NCBI RefSeq assembly: GCF_001194135.2 | Contig: NC_069006.1 | Coordinates: 607,140-671,139 of the forward strand | Length of the DNA: 64,000 bases | Source of the DNA: Octopus bimaculoides | Lineage: Eukaryota | Direction: 5' to 3' | In this document: in pieces, positions 24,800 through 38,766 of the stretch | How the letters are laid out: the number at the start of each line of letters is the position of its first letter | Position numbering within the stretch: the stretch's first letter is position 1 | The notes under the pieces: generated by a model | Databases searched by the model: none | Told to the model about the DNA's origin: nothing | Seen by the model: the letters and a program-made list of their open reading frames with translations, nothing else | Position numbers and translations under genes: made by a program

Positions 24800-24995
24800 A
24801 ACTCACTGCTTAACTACTGTTGGTTCTTTTATGTACCCGTAGTTTAACGGTTCGGTAAAAGAGATCGATAGAATAGTATGAGACTTTGAAACAAAAATAC
24901 ATAAATACTTGGGACGATCTATTCGATTAAAATCTTTCAAGGCGGTGCACCAATTTGGTCGCAATGCAATGATTGGAACAAGTAACAGATAAAGG
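24800..24995 (+). mobile_element. SINE family A 3' half
   Basis: CACTGCTTAACTACTGTTGG...GGTTCGGTAAAAGAGATCGATAGAATAG...TTCAAGGCGGTGCACC. Confidence 0.75.
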
Positions 24996-25100
24996 ATATA
25001 AAATTAAAACAATGAAACCTTATCTCTCAGCAATAAACTAATTCAACTGGCGAAATACTAAGGCGAGTAACACTGGTTTCGTCAATATCTTTCCGTGCAG

Positions 25101-25326
25101 AAACCACACATAATAACTATGCACCCATTAAACGACAAAGGACCGAGTAACAAAAGCAATATGGTGTCATCTATGACCTTCGATAAGAAAGACAATAATC
25201 AAGATAACCGGGTAGTAACTGCAAAATTGGCATTTCAGAGCTATAAATGGAATAACGGAACGGTAGTATACAAAGCTGAACTAGGTTCTGACATTCTAGG
25301 CCAGATGTGCAACAAATCATACAGAG
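25101..25326 (+). CDS. Candidate internal coding exon (phase 0 to phase 1), product unidentified
   Basis: Acceptor tatctttccgtgcag, donor AGAG/gtatgt, 226 nt, only one open frame: KPHIITMHPLNDKGPSNKSNMVSSMTFDKKDNNQDNRVVTAKLAFQSYKWNNGTVVYKAELGSDILGQMCNKSYR; repeat-free sequence. Confidence 0.3.
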
Positions 25327-26104
25327 GTATGTACGAGCTATCATATAGGTGACCATACGTGAATGTCAAATCTACCTTTAAACATACGAGTAAAAGAAAT
25401 GCTACTGCATTATCGACTTATGTATTGTAAGGAAAGGAAATAGATATTAATTTTCAATACTCATCGCCCATATAAGCCTGCAGAAACAAATATATAAACA
25501 GAGCGTTTTTGCGTAAGATTTTTCAAGAGTGAGAGTGAGAAATTTGAAACTTTAACTAAAACAAATTCTAAATAGAAGTACCGAGTCAGTCGGTAATAGT
25601 CGCCAGAAAAATAAGTTTTACGCTCCCAGCATACCGAGATACTCCAACCAGATTAATCATTACTCATTTGTAATATAATCAACTAACAACCCGAATAAAG
25701 TTAACAGGATGCCCACGGCACATCCTGGTGCTATTGCTGCAGAATACATTTGGATCGACGTTCCTGTCACAATTCAAAAGCGTTTAGTAATTCACTCGGG
25801 ACATGAAACTACAAGTAACGAGATATAAATTGGTCTTAACTAATATTTAAAATAAATTAACTCGTTCGATTTCTTAGAATTCTCTTTGTGCATAAAGATC
25901 TTTCCTGAATGCATTTGCTTGCAAGTACAAAATCGGGACAATAGGAAATTCACATACACAGATATACATACACATAATTGCACATACATATACATGCGCC
26001 ATATATAGTGTGTACGTATGTATACATACATAGAACGTACGTATATACCTGTATGTGTACAGGTATACATATATAATGTGTGCATATAAATCTCTCTCCT
26101 CTTT

Positions 26105-26234
<130 letters not shown>

Positions 26235-26618
26235 AATCAAATATACATATCAAATATATATAATCGTATATATATGTATATATGTAACTATATATTTATA
26301 TATAGGCGTGCGCGTGTATATATAGGCGTGTGCGCGTGTATATATAGGCGTGTGCGCGTGTATATATAGGCTTGTACGCAATTGTAGTATTCAATTATAA
26401 AAATCTTCTTTGAGACTCCTGCTTAGCAGAAGAACATAGTGGAACTATAAATACATCAATAGCTCACTGCCTTTACAATTAGCTAGATTTTTGTTGGAGT
26501 TGAAGCAGTGTATGTAAATGAAGATGGTACTGGCGGCGGCGGCGGTGGTGGTGGTATTCCAGCTGCTGCTGATGGTGAGAATAACGAGGTCAAAATGAAT
26601 GAAAATTGATTGATTTTG

Positions 26619-26664
<46 letters not shown>

Positions 26665-26698
26665 ATATATATATTCACATTCACATGTAACTATGTTA

Positions 26699-26732
<34 letters not shown>

Positions 26733-26818
26733 CATACACACACACACGCACATTATATATATGCGCGCGTGTGTATAAATTTACGCATCTATACACATAA
26801 GTGAGCATGTGTGTAATC

Positions 26819-26870
<52 letters not shown>

Positions 26871-27098
26871 NNNNNNNNNNNNNNNNNNNNNNNNNNNNNN
26901 NNNNNNNNNNNNNNNNNNNNNNNNNNNNNNNNNNNNNNNNNNNNNNNNNNNNNNNNNNNNNNNNNNNNNNNNNNNNNNNNNNNNNNNNNNNNNNNNNNNN
27001 NNTATATATATACATACACACACACACGCACATTATATATATGCGCGCGTGTGTATAAATTTACGCATCTATACACATAAGTGAGCATGTGTGTAATC

Positions 27099-27146
<48 letters not shown>

Positions 27147-27390
27147 GTATGTATCTATGTATGTATGGCTGTGTACATGTATATAAACATATATATGTAT
27201 ATATCCACATATGTATATGTATAAATATTATATATACATACCCATATCCATATATACATATGTATGTATGTATATATGTAAACATACACTTCCTGCTTCC
27301 TTTCAGATCGATATCCTCTGTTAGTAGCAGAGGATTTCATGTAATCGCCGTCATTTTGGTTACTACACATTATAATGATAATAATAATAA

Positions 27391-27805
27391 TCTTTTCTAC
27401 TATAGGCACAAGGCCCGAAATTTTGGGGGAGGCGGGGCCTGATGATTAGATCGACCCCAGTACGCAAATGGTACTTAATTTATCGGCCCCGAAAAGATGA
27501 AAGGCAAAGTCGACCTCGGCGGAATTCGAACTCAGAACGTGCTGGCAGACGAAACACCGATAAGTACTTTGTCCAGCGCGCTAGCGATTCTGCCAGCTCG
27601 CCGCCTGACAATAATAATGGCTTCGAATTTTGCCACAAGGCCAGCAATTTAAGGGGGAGGGTAAGTCGATTACATCGACTCCAGTACGCATCTTGTACTT
27701 ATTTTTGCGACCCCAAAACGTTGAAAGTCGACGCCGGCGGAATTCGAACTCAGAACGTACAGACGGACGAAATGCCACAAAGCATTCCGTCCGGCATGCT
27801 AGTAA
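27391..27805 (-). mobile_element. Two tandem SINE family B copies (27391-27606, 27621-27805)
   Basis: Both contain GTCGAC(C/G)..GGCGGAATTCGAACTCAGAACGT; separated by ACAATAATAAT. Confidence 0.88.
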
Positions 27806-28327
27806 TATTTGTTGCTGATCTTTTCGATTTTATCTTCTCTACTGCTGTTCTTGCTCTTGTCATTACCGTTATTATACGTTCACTCTATGTCCGTCTCTCA
27901 ACTTAACCTTCCTCGTATCTCTGCGTAGTGTGTGTGTGTGTGTGCGCGTGTGCGTGTGCGTGTGCGTGTGTGTGTGTGTGTGATGTCTTGATAAGTAGCT
28001 ATAAAGATTGATTTACAAAACTTTGAAATTGCAGTTTCAGCCTTAATGTCCTCGTCGTGATTGTCAAATTTCTAGTTGTTTGGGTCAGTTCAGAAAGGGT
28101 GGGGAAGATTTGCTAGAGACAGGGATCAATCATTCTATCTATCCGTTAATCTATCTCTGTTTACATTACATCCTCACTTGGCATATGTTTATACAAAACG
28201 TGAACCGTTCTGATATTAATCAAAAGTTAGAAAGTAAAGACGTGGATTTAACAATACAGTACACTTCACATACATACATACATACATACGTACGTACGTA
28301 TGTAGTGTGTGTGTGTGTGTCTGTATC

Positions 28328-28705
28328 AGGCGTGACTGAGGTAAGAAATTTGCTTCCCAACCACATGGTTCCGAGTTCAGTCCCACTGCGTGGTACCATG
28401 GACAAGTGTCTTCTACAATAGCCTGGGGCTATCCAAAGCCTTGTGAGTGGATTTGGTGAGCGGGTACTGAAAGAAGACCGTCGTGTGTGTGTGCGTGTGT
28501 ATCTTTGTGCATGTAGTTTTTCTCTCGCCACCACTTGACAACCGGCGTTGGTCTATTTACGCTTCTGTAAGTTAGAAGTCCGGCAAAAGAAACCGATAGA
28601 ATAAGTATCAGGTTTCACATAAAAATAAGTGCTGGGGGTCAATAAATTCGACTAATGTTCTTCAAAGCGGTGACCCAGCATGACCGCGGTCTAATGACTG
28701 AAACT
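28328..28705 (+). mobile_element. SINE family A, full-length
   Basis: GCTTCCCAACCACATGGTTCCGAGTTCAGTCCCACTGCGTGGTACCATGGACAAGTGTCTTC...CCCAGCATGACCGCGGTCTAATGACTGAAAC. Confidence 0.88.
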
Positions 28706-31156
28706 ATATGTGTATATATATATATATATATATACAAATATGTGTGTGTGTGTGTGTGTGTTCGTATTGAGTTGTTCAGAGCAATAAATGACTGGGTTGT
28801 GTATTCCACAGTCATTATTTTCATCTTGCTCACATCGTATAAATCTCATTTTGTGAATTTTTGCTGTATCATTCATTCATTTGGAAACACAATTGCAAAC
28901 TTAAAACATCGATCCTCGCCTACATCAGCCTAACATTTCCAATCGTTCGTTCATTCCGTTGGAAACTCTGAAATAATATCAATAATTTCTCACTTAACAG
29001 TAACTGCGCTAACTCGACAATCCGACAATAATATTCCCTGTTGGCATTATAGTGAACTGGTGGAGAATTGTTTTAAAGCTAACTCTTATCAACTTATTCG
29101 TACACAGCAAGAAACCTGAAAGGAAATTTCCTACAAGCCTCTCCAAACACATTGGAAAGAAACAAGGATATATGGTGTTTAAGATCCAGTGGTCGGTCTT
29201 CAGACATGCGGATTCATATGTGCATCGTAGTTTTCGCTCAAACATACGCTCAAGTTATGCTTAAACGATAAAAATATTCATACTTCAAACTGAGACTGGA
29301 TTGTTATGTTTGTGTAAGGCATGTTTCGAAGCCAATACTCTTCCCTTCCTACAAAGTTGCTGCCCTTGCGACAAAATTTGAAATCATTATCATTGAGAAT
29401 ATACCATCCCAAACTGATCGTAACGAATGGCTTCGTGTGTGTGTGTGTGTATACATACATATGCATATATATAAATGGACGTACGTGTGTATGCATGTGC
29501 CTGTACGTATATACGTGCGTTTGTGTATATAAATTTGTGTGTATGTGTATATACACATCACCAAATTACAGTCTATAGCTTTTTCCTAATTTACAAAAAG
29601 CATTAGTAACATAGCAATTCTTTTAATTGTTTTTTAATTATCTTCCAGTTTGTTCGACACACCCGAAAAATGGTTCTGTTTAGCAGCACCATCAATGCAA
29701 CTACTATCCCTCCCCACCATCACCTGTATCCTCACCCCCACCACTATCAACCTGCACCGATGCCCCACTACCAGCACTGCACCACTTTCAAACCATCACC
29801 AACACTGCACCACCATCACCCTCCACCGCCATCAAGAACCCACTATCACCATGACCACTGCTGTTACAAGCACTATCAGCTCTGTTTCCTACACTAAACT
29901 ATATCACCACCACCACCACCACCACCACCACCACAACCTCCACGAACAACACNNNNNNNNNNNNNNNNNNNNNNNNNNNNNNNNNNNNNNNNNNNNNNNN
30001 NNNNNNNNNNNNNNNNNNNNNNNNNNNNNNNNNNNNNNNNNNNNNNNNNNNNNNNNNNNNNNNNNNNNNNNNNNNNNNNNNNNNNNNNNNNNNNNNNNNN
30101 NNNNNNNNNNNNNNNNNNNNNNNNNNNNNNNNNNNNNNNNNNNNNNNNNNNNNNNNNNNNNNNNNNNNNNNNNNNNNNNNNNNNNNNNNNNNNNNNNNNN
30201 NNNNNNNNNNNNNNNNNNNNNNNNNNNNNNNNNNNNNNNNNNNNNNNNNNNNNNNNNNNNNNNNNNNNNNNNNNNNNNNNNNNNNNNNNNNNNNNNNNNN
30301 NNNNNNNNNNNNNNNNNNNNNNNNNNNNNNNNNNNNNNNNNNNNNNNNNNNNNNNNNNNNNNNNNNNNNNNNNNNNNNNNNNNNNNNNNNNNNNNNNNNN
30401 NNNNNNNNNNNNNNNNNNNNNNNNNNNNNNNNNNNNNNNNNNNNNNNNNNNNNNNNNNNNNNNNNNNNNNNNNNNNNNNNNNNNNNNNNNNNNNNNNNNN
30501 NNNNNNNNNNNNNNNNNTGTGTGTGTGTGTGTGTGTGTTAAGACTAAGAAATATAAAGATATTTTACAACTGGAAAAAGATTTAAATCAAAACAGCGGAA
30601 AATTGTGAGTTGTCGAACACCGAGACACGACAAACAAGAAACAAGGGGTTGGCCTACAACAATCGTATTTAAGTATCTAAGAGCATCACTTCGCTGCCTT
30701 GAGTGTGTTTAAGTGTGTAACGCACGCATAAAGGAAGACAGAATTCAACTGCAAACAACATCAATAAGATTTACCACAACAACGACAACAGGAACTGTTA
30801 TATAATAATAAACCTTAACACCATCATCATCACCAGCCACAAACAACGAGTAACCGTGCACGTATCCCTGTAACAGGACTTGCTATTGCTGAGCTATCTT
30901 TAATATAAACTGCTGCCTAACTAGTTTTCCGTATGGGTTCACACAATACGTTTTCTTAAAATCTAACGAAAATATGCACAAACTAAATAGGAAAGCGAAA
31001 AGTGTTGAAATAAAACAAGTGTGAGATGGGAGTACGCAGGAAGTGTGTTTCTACTTTGGCTATTTCTTTTTTTTTTTTATAAATATATTTATTTTTGTTA
31101 TGTTGTCGACATCTGTGTAACAACATGGCGCACGGGTATGAATCTGCAGAGGTATA

Positions 31157-31192
<36 letters not shown>

Positions 31193-31396
31193 NNNNNNNN
31201 NNNNNNNNNNNNNNNNNNNNNNNNNNNNNNNNNNNNNNNNNNNNNNNNNNNNNNNNNNNNNNNNNNNNNNNNNNNNNNNNNNNNNNNNNNNNNNNNNNNN
31301 NNNNNNNNNNNNNNNNNNNNNNNNNNATATATATACATACACACACACACACACACATGTATTTATTTGTAAATACATGTATATACAAGTGCTTCT

Positions 31397-31450
<54 letters not shown>

Positions 31451-31626
31451 CATATATACACATATATAATCATTTATTTGTAAATACATGTATATACAAG
31501 CGCTTATACACATATATATAATATATATTATATATACATATATACACATGCATAGAGATAATCATTTATTTGTAATACATGTATATACAAGCGCTTATAT
31601 ATATATATATATATGGGGGGGGGTGC

Positions 31627-31671
<45 letters not shown>

Positions 31672-31768
31672 AGGTATGTATGTAAAAACCACATAAACAC
31701 ATTTTAGATATTAAACACAAATATGTAAACAAACACTTGAAACGAGTTCTTGCGTGCTAACACACACT

Positions 31769-31802
<34 letters not shown>

Positions 31803-32204
31803 GACGTCTTTATAAATTTCCTTCGTTTAACTTTCTCCCTTGATTTAACATTGAACACATCGCCATATAAACTGCTGCTGCTGTTGCTGCGATGAGAGAA
31901 ATGAAGACAATGGTGAAGTTGCACCAGCACCATCATCATCGTCCTCATCGCCACCGCCACTAAAACAATCATCGCCGCAACCACCACACCACCACCATTA
32001 TTATTATTATTATCATCGGAGTCGACACCACCACCACCAACATCGGAAACATCATCATCCCCGCTACTATCATCATCATCCTCATCATCACCACCACCAC
32101 CATAATCCCATCATCATCACGATATATTTATTTATTTACCGTCATTATTATAGTTATTATTTTTATAATAATAATAATAATTTATTTTATTATCATTATC
32201 GTTG

Positions 32205-32242
<38 letters not shown>

Positions 32243-32729
32243 GCCAAGGAAACACAGTTGACTAGCTTTTGGCGTCTGGTTAAAAGGATTTTTTTCGTAT
32301 TGCAGCGCCACAGGGAATGGCATAAGTCCTCAATATTACTTTAGATTTTCCCACTAAGATCGATCACGAAGCCACCGCCCTACCCACCCCTTCCACATCA
32401 CTTGTTCTCCCCACCCCCAACTTCCCTCTCCTTCTGCTCACCACAGCTTAATAATAATGACGATGATGATGATGCTCGCCTATCATAGTTTGGGATGCTG
32501 AGAGTTTGATTTTCGTTAGCGTTGATGCTGTCGTTGGTGTTGTTGTTGTTCCTCTTTTTGCTGTCTTTTTTATAGCTAATATGTTTATATATTTGTCTTT
32601 GTTCGATTGTTTAACCTGTTTCTTTTTTATTTTATTCTATTTAACGTTACATTTTTGTTGCCTTTTTTTATTCACATTTTTAATTGTTTTAATTTATATA
32701 TATGCGTATATAAATTAAAATTATATGTT

Positions 32730-32795
<66 letters not shown>

Positions 32796-33305
32796 NNNNN
32801 NNNNNNNNNNNNNNNNNNNNNNNNNNNNNNNNNNNNNNNNNNNNNNNNNNNNNNNNNNNNNNNNNNNNNNNNNNNNNNNNNNNNNNNNNNNNNNNNNNNN
32901 NNNNNNNNNNNNNNNNNNNNNNNNNNNNNNNNNNNNNNNNNNNNNNNNNNNNNNNNNNNNNNNNNNNNNNNNNNNNNNNNNNNNNNNNNNNNNNNNNNNN
33001 NNNNNNNNNNNNNNNNNNNNNNNNNNNNNNNNNNNNNNNNNNNNNNNNNNNNNNNNNNNNNNNNNNNNNNNNNNNNNNNNNNNNNNNNNNNNNNNNNNNN
33101 NNNNNNNNNNNNNNNNNNNNNNNNNNNNNNNNNNNNNNNNNNNNNNNNNNNNNNNNNNNNNNNNGAAAACTGAAAGAAGCCTGTCGTGTATATATACATA
33201 TTTACAAGTTTGTGTGTGTCTGTGGTTCTCTCCCACACGCCGGTTATAACCAGTGTTGGTTTGTATACGTCTCTGTAACTTAGTGGTATACATTCATACA
33301 AAGTA

Positions 33306-33357
<52 letters not shown>

Positions 33358-33938
33358 TCATACACCATTCAAACGCTTGCTCGCTCTACTCTCTCTCTCT
33401 CTCCAATCCTTATTGCTGTTGTTCTGAGAAAGCTTTCTGCTCGTGCCATTGTATTTTTTGCTGATTTTAATTTATTTATCCTGTTTATTTGTTGCTGCTG
33501 TTGTTGTTGTTGTTGTTCTCCTTCGTCAACCTCGTCTGCTGGATATGAACAGAGGCCCTGCCTGCAACAAACAGCCACTTCAAAACAGCTTACGTGTTGT
33601 CGGTGATACATTTACAGAAAATCCAGAACAACAACAACGACGACGACGGCGACGACGAACATAGTCGCTCCCGTTTTGTACAAAACGTCTTTCCGCATTT
33701 CGTCAGAAGTTTAAATCTTAGGCCAATGGTAGAGCGGAGATGGTCATTTGTTAGTTGGAATGTTTCAAGTCGCGTCTTTGGATATCGATGATGACTATCA
33801 GAACAGTCTCCTCTGGAGGACTTTCCCGTTGGGGAATTTTGATCATTTTCGAAAGGCCCCATGACTGATTGGACGATGTCACGCATTCTGATGTTCCGAC
33901 CGATGATCGATAGATGTTCGAGCCCAACCTCGTTTGCA

Positions 33939-34118
33939 TTAGTTCCAATGTCCAGTCATTCCTCCGTTGGAATCCCGACTGGAATTCTCCACAGGAATAC
34001 TTTGTTTTTTCTCTTTCGTTTGTTCCTTGCAGCTGTTAATTTGAAATTGTTCATGAGTAACATTAAAGCGGTCCACGTCGCCGAGGACGAAGGACCTGTA
34101 GAAGCTACGGGCACTGCC
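33939..34118 (-). CDS. Candidate terminal coding exon of an unidentified host gene, followed by probable 3'UTR
   Basis: Pyrimidine-rich intron end ttccttttattagtttctttaacgaaag with an in-frame TAA just upstream; 59 codons plus TAA: GSARSFYRSFVLGDVDRFNVTHEQFQINSCKEQTKEKKQSIPVENSSRDSNGGMTGHWN*; run of C-ending codons; alternative acceptor ttctacag gives exon start 34095 in the same frame. Confidence 0.5.
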   Translation of the reverse strand, partial: GSARSFYRSFVLGDVDRFNVTHEQFQINSCKEQTKEKKQSIPVENSSRDSNGGMTGHWN

Positions 34119-34188
34119 CTTTCGTTAAAGAAACTAATAAAAAGGAATCGGACAATATAACATCGGTTTTTATATGAATGGTTTGCAT

Positions 34189-34224
<36 letters not shown>

Positions 34225-34225
34225 A

Positions 34226-34437
34226 GAGTAATCGCTCACTATATCGCGATTCACCTATCGCGGTTTATTATTTAAACTTACGTCGATTCCTTGTGGTGTT
34301 GATGCGCATTTATAATAAAATAAATACAAATTATAAAAATAAAATATGCCGTGCAGTACTGTTTCTACTTCGCGGATTTTCACCTGCCGCGGGGGGTTTT
34401 GGTGCGTAACACCTGCGATAGTCGAAGGATTGCTGTA
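34226..34437. mobile_element. Tigger/pogo-type MITE (non-autonomous)
   Basis: Left end AGTAATCGCTCACTATATCGCG; right end reverse complement TACAGCAATCCTTCGACTATCGCAGGTGTTACGCACC...GCGGCAGGTGAAAATCCGCGAAGTAG, a typical Tigger CAGT..CCCTCG..TATCGCG terminus with TA. Confidence 0.7.
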
Positions 34438-34509
34438 CACAAACACACACGCAACACATGTGTGTTGCATGTATGTGCACACACAGACAGGCAGACAAAC
34501 ACCGACATA

Positions 34510-34650
34510 CGCAGGCATGGTTTACCCACCACATGGTTCCCGATTCAGTCTCACGGCGTAGTAACTTGGGCGAGTGTGTTCTACTATACACCAGGGCCGA
34601 CCAAAGCCCTGTGAGCAGATTTGGTTGACGGACACTAAAGAAGCTCGTCC
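34510..34650 (+). mobile_element. SINE family A 5' half running into (TG)n
   Basis: CCACCACATGGTTCCCGATTCAGTCTCACGGCG...GGCCGACCAAAGCCCTGTGAGCAGATTTGG. Confidence 0.8.
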
Positions 34651-34664
34651 TATACACAAATGTG

Positions 34665-34714
<50 letters not shown>

Positions 34715-36052
34715 GGCTCAGAATTCTATAGAATATCTATAGTTTATCTTAAAAGAAAAAAAGATAAACTTACATACATGACAATCAGACAGACAAGATA
34801 GATTGAGAGACAGACATACAGATAGATAAACAAATAGAGACAATGAGAGAGGAGGGAGAAGGTAAATAGAAAAAAACAGTCAGGAAGATAGGTATAAAAG
34901 CAGGTAGAAAGACATACAGACAGATGGATAGAACGATATACAGAAACACAGACAGACAGACAGATAGATAGATAGACAGAATGATACACAGGACAGACAG
35001 ACACATAGCTAGCTAGATAGATACATACATACACACACACACACACACATACATACGTAGACAGATAGACAGATTAACTTTAATGTGGAATCAAATTTAA
35101 ATATCAAACCGATTATTCAGGCTTTCACGAAAACTACCAAAAATAATAAAATGGCGGCCAAAATATGATTTCAGATAAAGGAAATATTTAATACTGAGAG
35201 ATAAAACTGTTTTATTAAATATAATATTTTGATGTTGGCCACAGTCCACTGGGTGGAACCGGTGGATAGAAACACCTGCATACATATGTACATGTGAAGA
35301 GAAGTGTTTTACACACACACNNNNNNNNNNNNNNNNNNNNNNNNNNNNNNNNNNNNNNNNNNNNNNNNNNNNNNNNNNNNNNNNNNNNNNNNNNNNNNNN
35401 NNNNNNNNNNNNNNNNNNNNNNNNNNNNNNNNNNNNNNNNNNNNNNNNNNNNNNNNNNNNNNNNNNNNNNNNNNNNNNNNNNNNNNNNNNNNNNNNNNNN
35501 NNNNNNNNNNNNNNNNNNNNNNNNNNNNNNNNNNNNNNNNNNNNNNNNNNNNNNNNNNNNNNNNNNNNNNNNNNNNNNNNNNNNNNNNNNNNNNNNNNNN
35601 NNNNNNNNNNNNNNNNNNNNNNNNNNNNNNNNNNNNNNNNNNNNNNNNNNNNNNNNNNNNNNNNNNNNNNNNNNNNNNNNNNNNNNNNNNNNNNNNNNNN
35701 NNNNNNNNNNNNNNNNNNNNNNNNNNNNNNNNNNNNNNNNNNNNNNNNNNNNNNNNNNNNNNNNNNNNNNNNNNNNNNNNNNNNNNNNNNNNNNNNNNNN
35801 NNNNNNNNNNNNNNNNNNNNNNNNNNNNNNNNNNNNNNNNNNNNNNNNNNNNNNNNNNNNNNNNNNNNNNNNNNNNNNNNNNNNNNNNNNNNNNNNNNNN
35901 NNNNNNNNNNNNNNNNNNNNNNNNNNNNNNNNNNNNNNNNNNNNNNNNNNNNNNNNNNNNNNNNNNNNNNNNNNNNNNNNNNNNNNNNNNNNNNNNNNNN
36001 NNNNNNNNNNNNNNNNNNNNNNNNNNNNNNNNNNNNNNNNNNNNNNNNNNNN

Positions 36053-36109
<57 letters not shown>

Positions 36110-36512
36110 GTACAGACACACATTTGTGTGTATATGAGATTATATTTGGTAGATTGTTATAAGAAAATAGTTGAAGAGATAAGATTCATCTGTAGACACT
36201 GAGATAAATAAACAGAAATAAACAGAAATAGATGGTTTTTGACTCAGCGTATATATCTGAATGTGTATGTGCGTGAATAAGTGAGCGTACTTACATTTCT
36301 CTGTTCGGGTGTATAAATGTGTGTAGTATGTGTGTGTGTGTTGACACACGCACACACAAACTATGCAAAGACTTTCTGGAAGATCGTATTGAGCACTGTG
36401 ATATGTGTGTATGTGTCTGTGTACATGTGTGAGTGTGTATGTGGGAGTGCAAGTGTGTGTTCGCACGCGCACCCTGCAATATAATCTGAAGGATCTTCTT
36501 CAGCACTTCGGT

Positions 36513-36563
<51 letters not shown>

Positions 36564-36870
36564 TATGCTTGAGCCTTTCATTAAGAATCTTGTCTAAGAT
36601 TTCGGGCGTGTCTTGCATTGGCAACACGAAACGAAGCATAGAACGAGTTGTTGTGATGATGATGATGTATATATTTTTATCCATGTGCAAGGAGTAAACT
36701 GGAACGTGTGGGTGGATCACTGACCAAAGGGAAAAGATATATCCTACATACACATATACACAAATTGATAGGTAGATAGATAGATAGGTAGATAGATAGA
36801 TAGGTAGATAGATAGATAGGTAGATAGATAGATAGGTAGATAGATAGATAAACAGGCAGATACAAGCACA

Positions 36871-36907
<37 letters not shown>

Positions 36908-38595
36908 CGATATATATATGCACAGATACGTATTCAAAAAGATAGATACGTACATACAAACATATAAACTACTGTAAACAAAACACTTGCCATATTTTCA
37001 TTACACACACACAAGTGCAAAGACAGATATTTAGTTTCATGGACAGATAAATATTTTGAAAGACAGATAGGTCCTAGAGAGATGGTTAGATAAGATACAT
37101 ACGTACGTACATGCATTCATGCATACATTTACATACACACACATACATACATATATGCATGTGTGTATATATATATATATATATATATGGATGAATGTGG
37201 TGTGTGTTTTTTGTATTAACACAGACAACATTCTCCGTTTCTTATTTCTTTTTTACACTATTTAGTCAATAACCAAATACAAGATTTGTTTCTTTTGTTT
37301 GCTCTTTTTTTTCTTTATCAGTTCCAAAGTAGCTTCAACGAAAATTGTTTTGAATAAATGGGGTGGATAGCAGGATGTTTCTTTATCTAAAACGATTTTA
37401 GAATGAATAGAATGAATGGAAATTATAATTTGGCAGGGTGGACAGACGGACTTTATCTTAAACGGTGTAAAACGGTGTAAATGGGCGTGGGTGGTCTTAT
37501 CTAAATTCTAAAATTTCTCCTTATCACTAGTGTGTGTATATATATTATATAGATATATTATAATCCTTTAGGTGAATATTAAATTGTTTTTATATATAAC
37601 TTGAAATGAAAACAAACATTGTGCGCGCACAGAGAGAAAGGGAGAAAGAGTGTGTGAGAATTATATAGACAGCTAGATTCAACAATATATGTAGACAGAC
37701 AGACAAACCGATAGATAAAATGACAGATGAACACTTACGCACATACAGATAGATAGATAGATAGATAGATACGTAGAGATAGATAGACAGAGATAGATAG
37801 ACAGAGATAGATAGACAGAGATAGATAGACAGAGATAGATAGACAGAGATAGATAATAGATAGATACGTAATCTTCCATATAGGTAACTTGACATAAAAG
37901 CAAACATCTACATATACACATACACACATATATATGTATATATACATGAAATATTTACAACTTAAAAGAATTTATTGAAATAACCATTGTACACATGTTT
38001 CCATAATAGACTTATTATACATGTATGTAATAAATATTCATCACTGTCAGTAATTGAAATTCAAATAAATGATAAAAATGAAGAGAAATATAGCGTTTGA
38101 TATAACACACTGAAGAATATATACTATACAGCCATACGGTGTGTGTCCCCACATACATACATACAGTAGCTATAATAACGACATGAACAAAAATCTTATC
38201 AAGAAGAACTTTTATGTTAAACTCATTAAAATAAAACAATAACAGACACCGGTCGTTAATTAATGCAATCGCTGGAGCATGGACAAAATTGCCTACGAAA
38301 GGCATTTAATTGTGGCCTTTGACGTTGCGAGTTTCAACATCGGTAGCGTGAACTTACTCCACGCGATTCCTTCCTGGTTTTGATAAAATACGTAGGCTAG
38401 CATTGAAGTATTGGGAATCGATATGATGGAATGCGCAACAATCTGTTTACCTTAGCCCCTCAACCCAAATGTGTGACAGGGAGTGTGTTTGAACGAGAAA
38501 TCAATAGGGGGAAAAACAAAAAAACAAATCTACACTAAAAATACATTCTCATATCTATAGTGACACACCTTAATAAACAAAAGCACACACATACA

Positions 38596-38657
<62 letters not shown>

Positions 38658-38766
38658 CACATATATATATATATACACACCTATAAGTGTATGCATGTGT
38701 GTGTCCACACAGACGCACCTAAGTATATATCTAGATGCGTGTGTATATTTATATGCGTGAATAATG

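Noticed and set aside
26700-27135. Duplicated block of about 130 bp on both sides of the 26871-27002 gap
   Set aside because: Identical sequence either side of a gap; probable assembly artefact
36560-36750. Minus-strand open frame YIFSLWSVIHPHVPVYSLHMDK...RSMLRFVLPMQDTPEILDKILNERLK
   Set aside because: No canonical donor before it runs into (CA)n, and it contains a (CAT)n repeat
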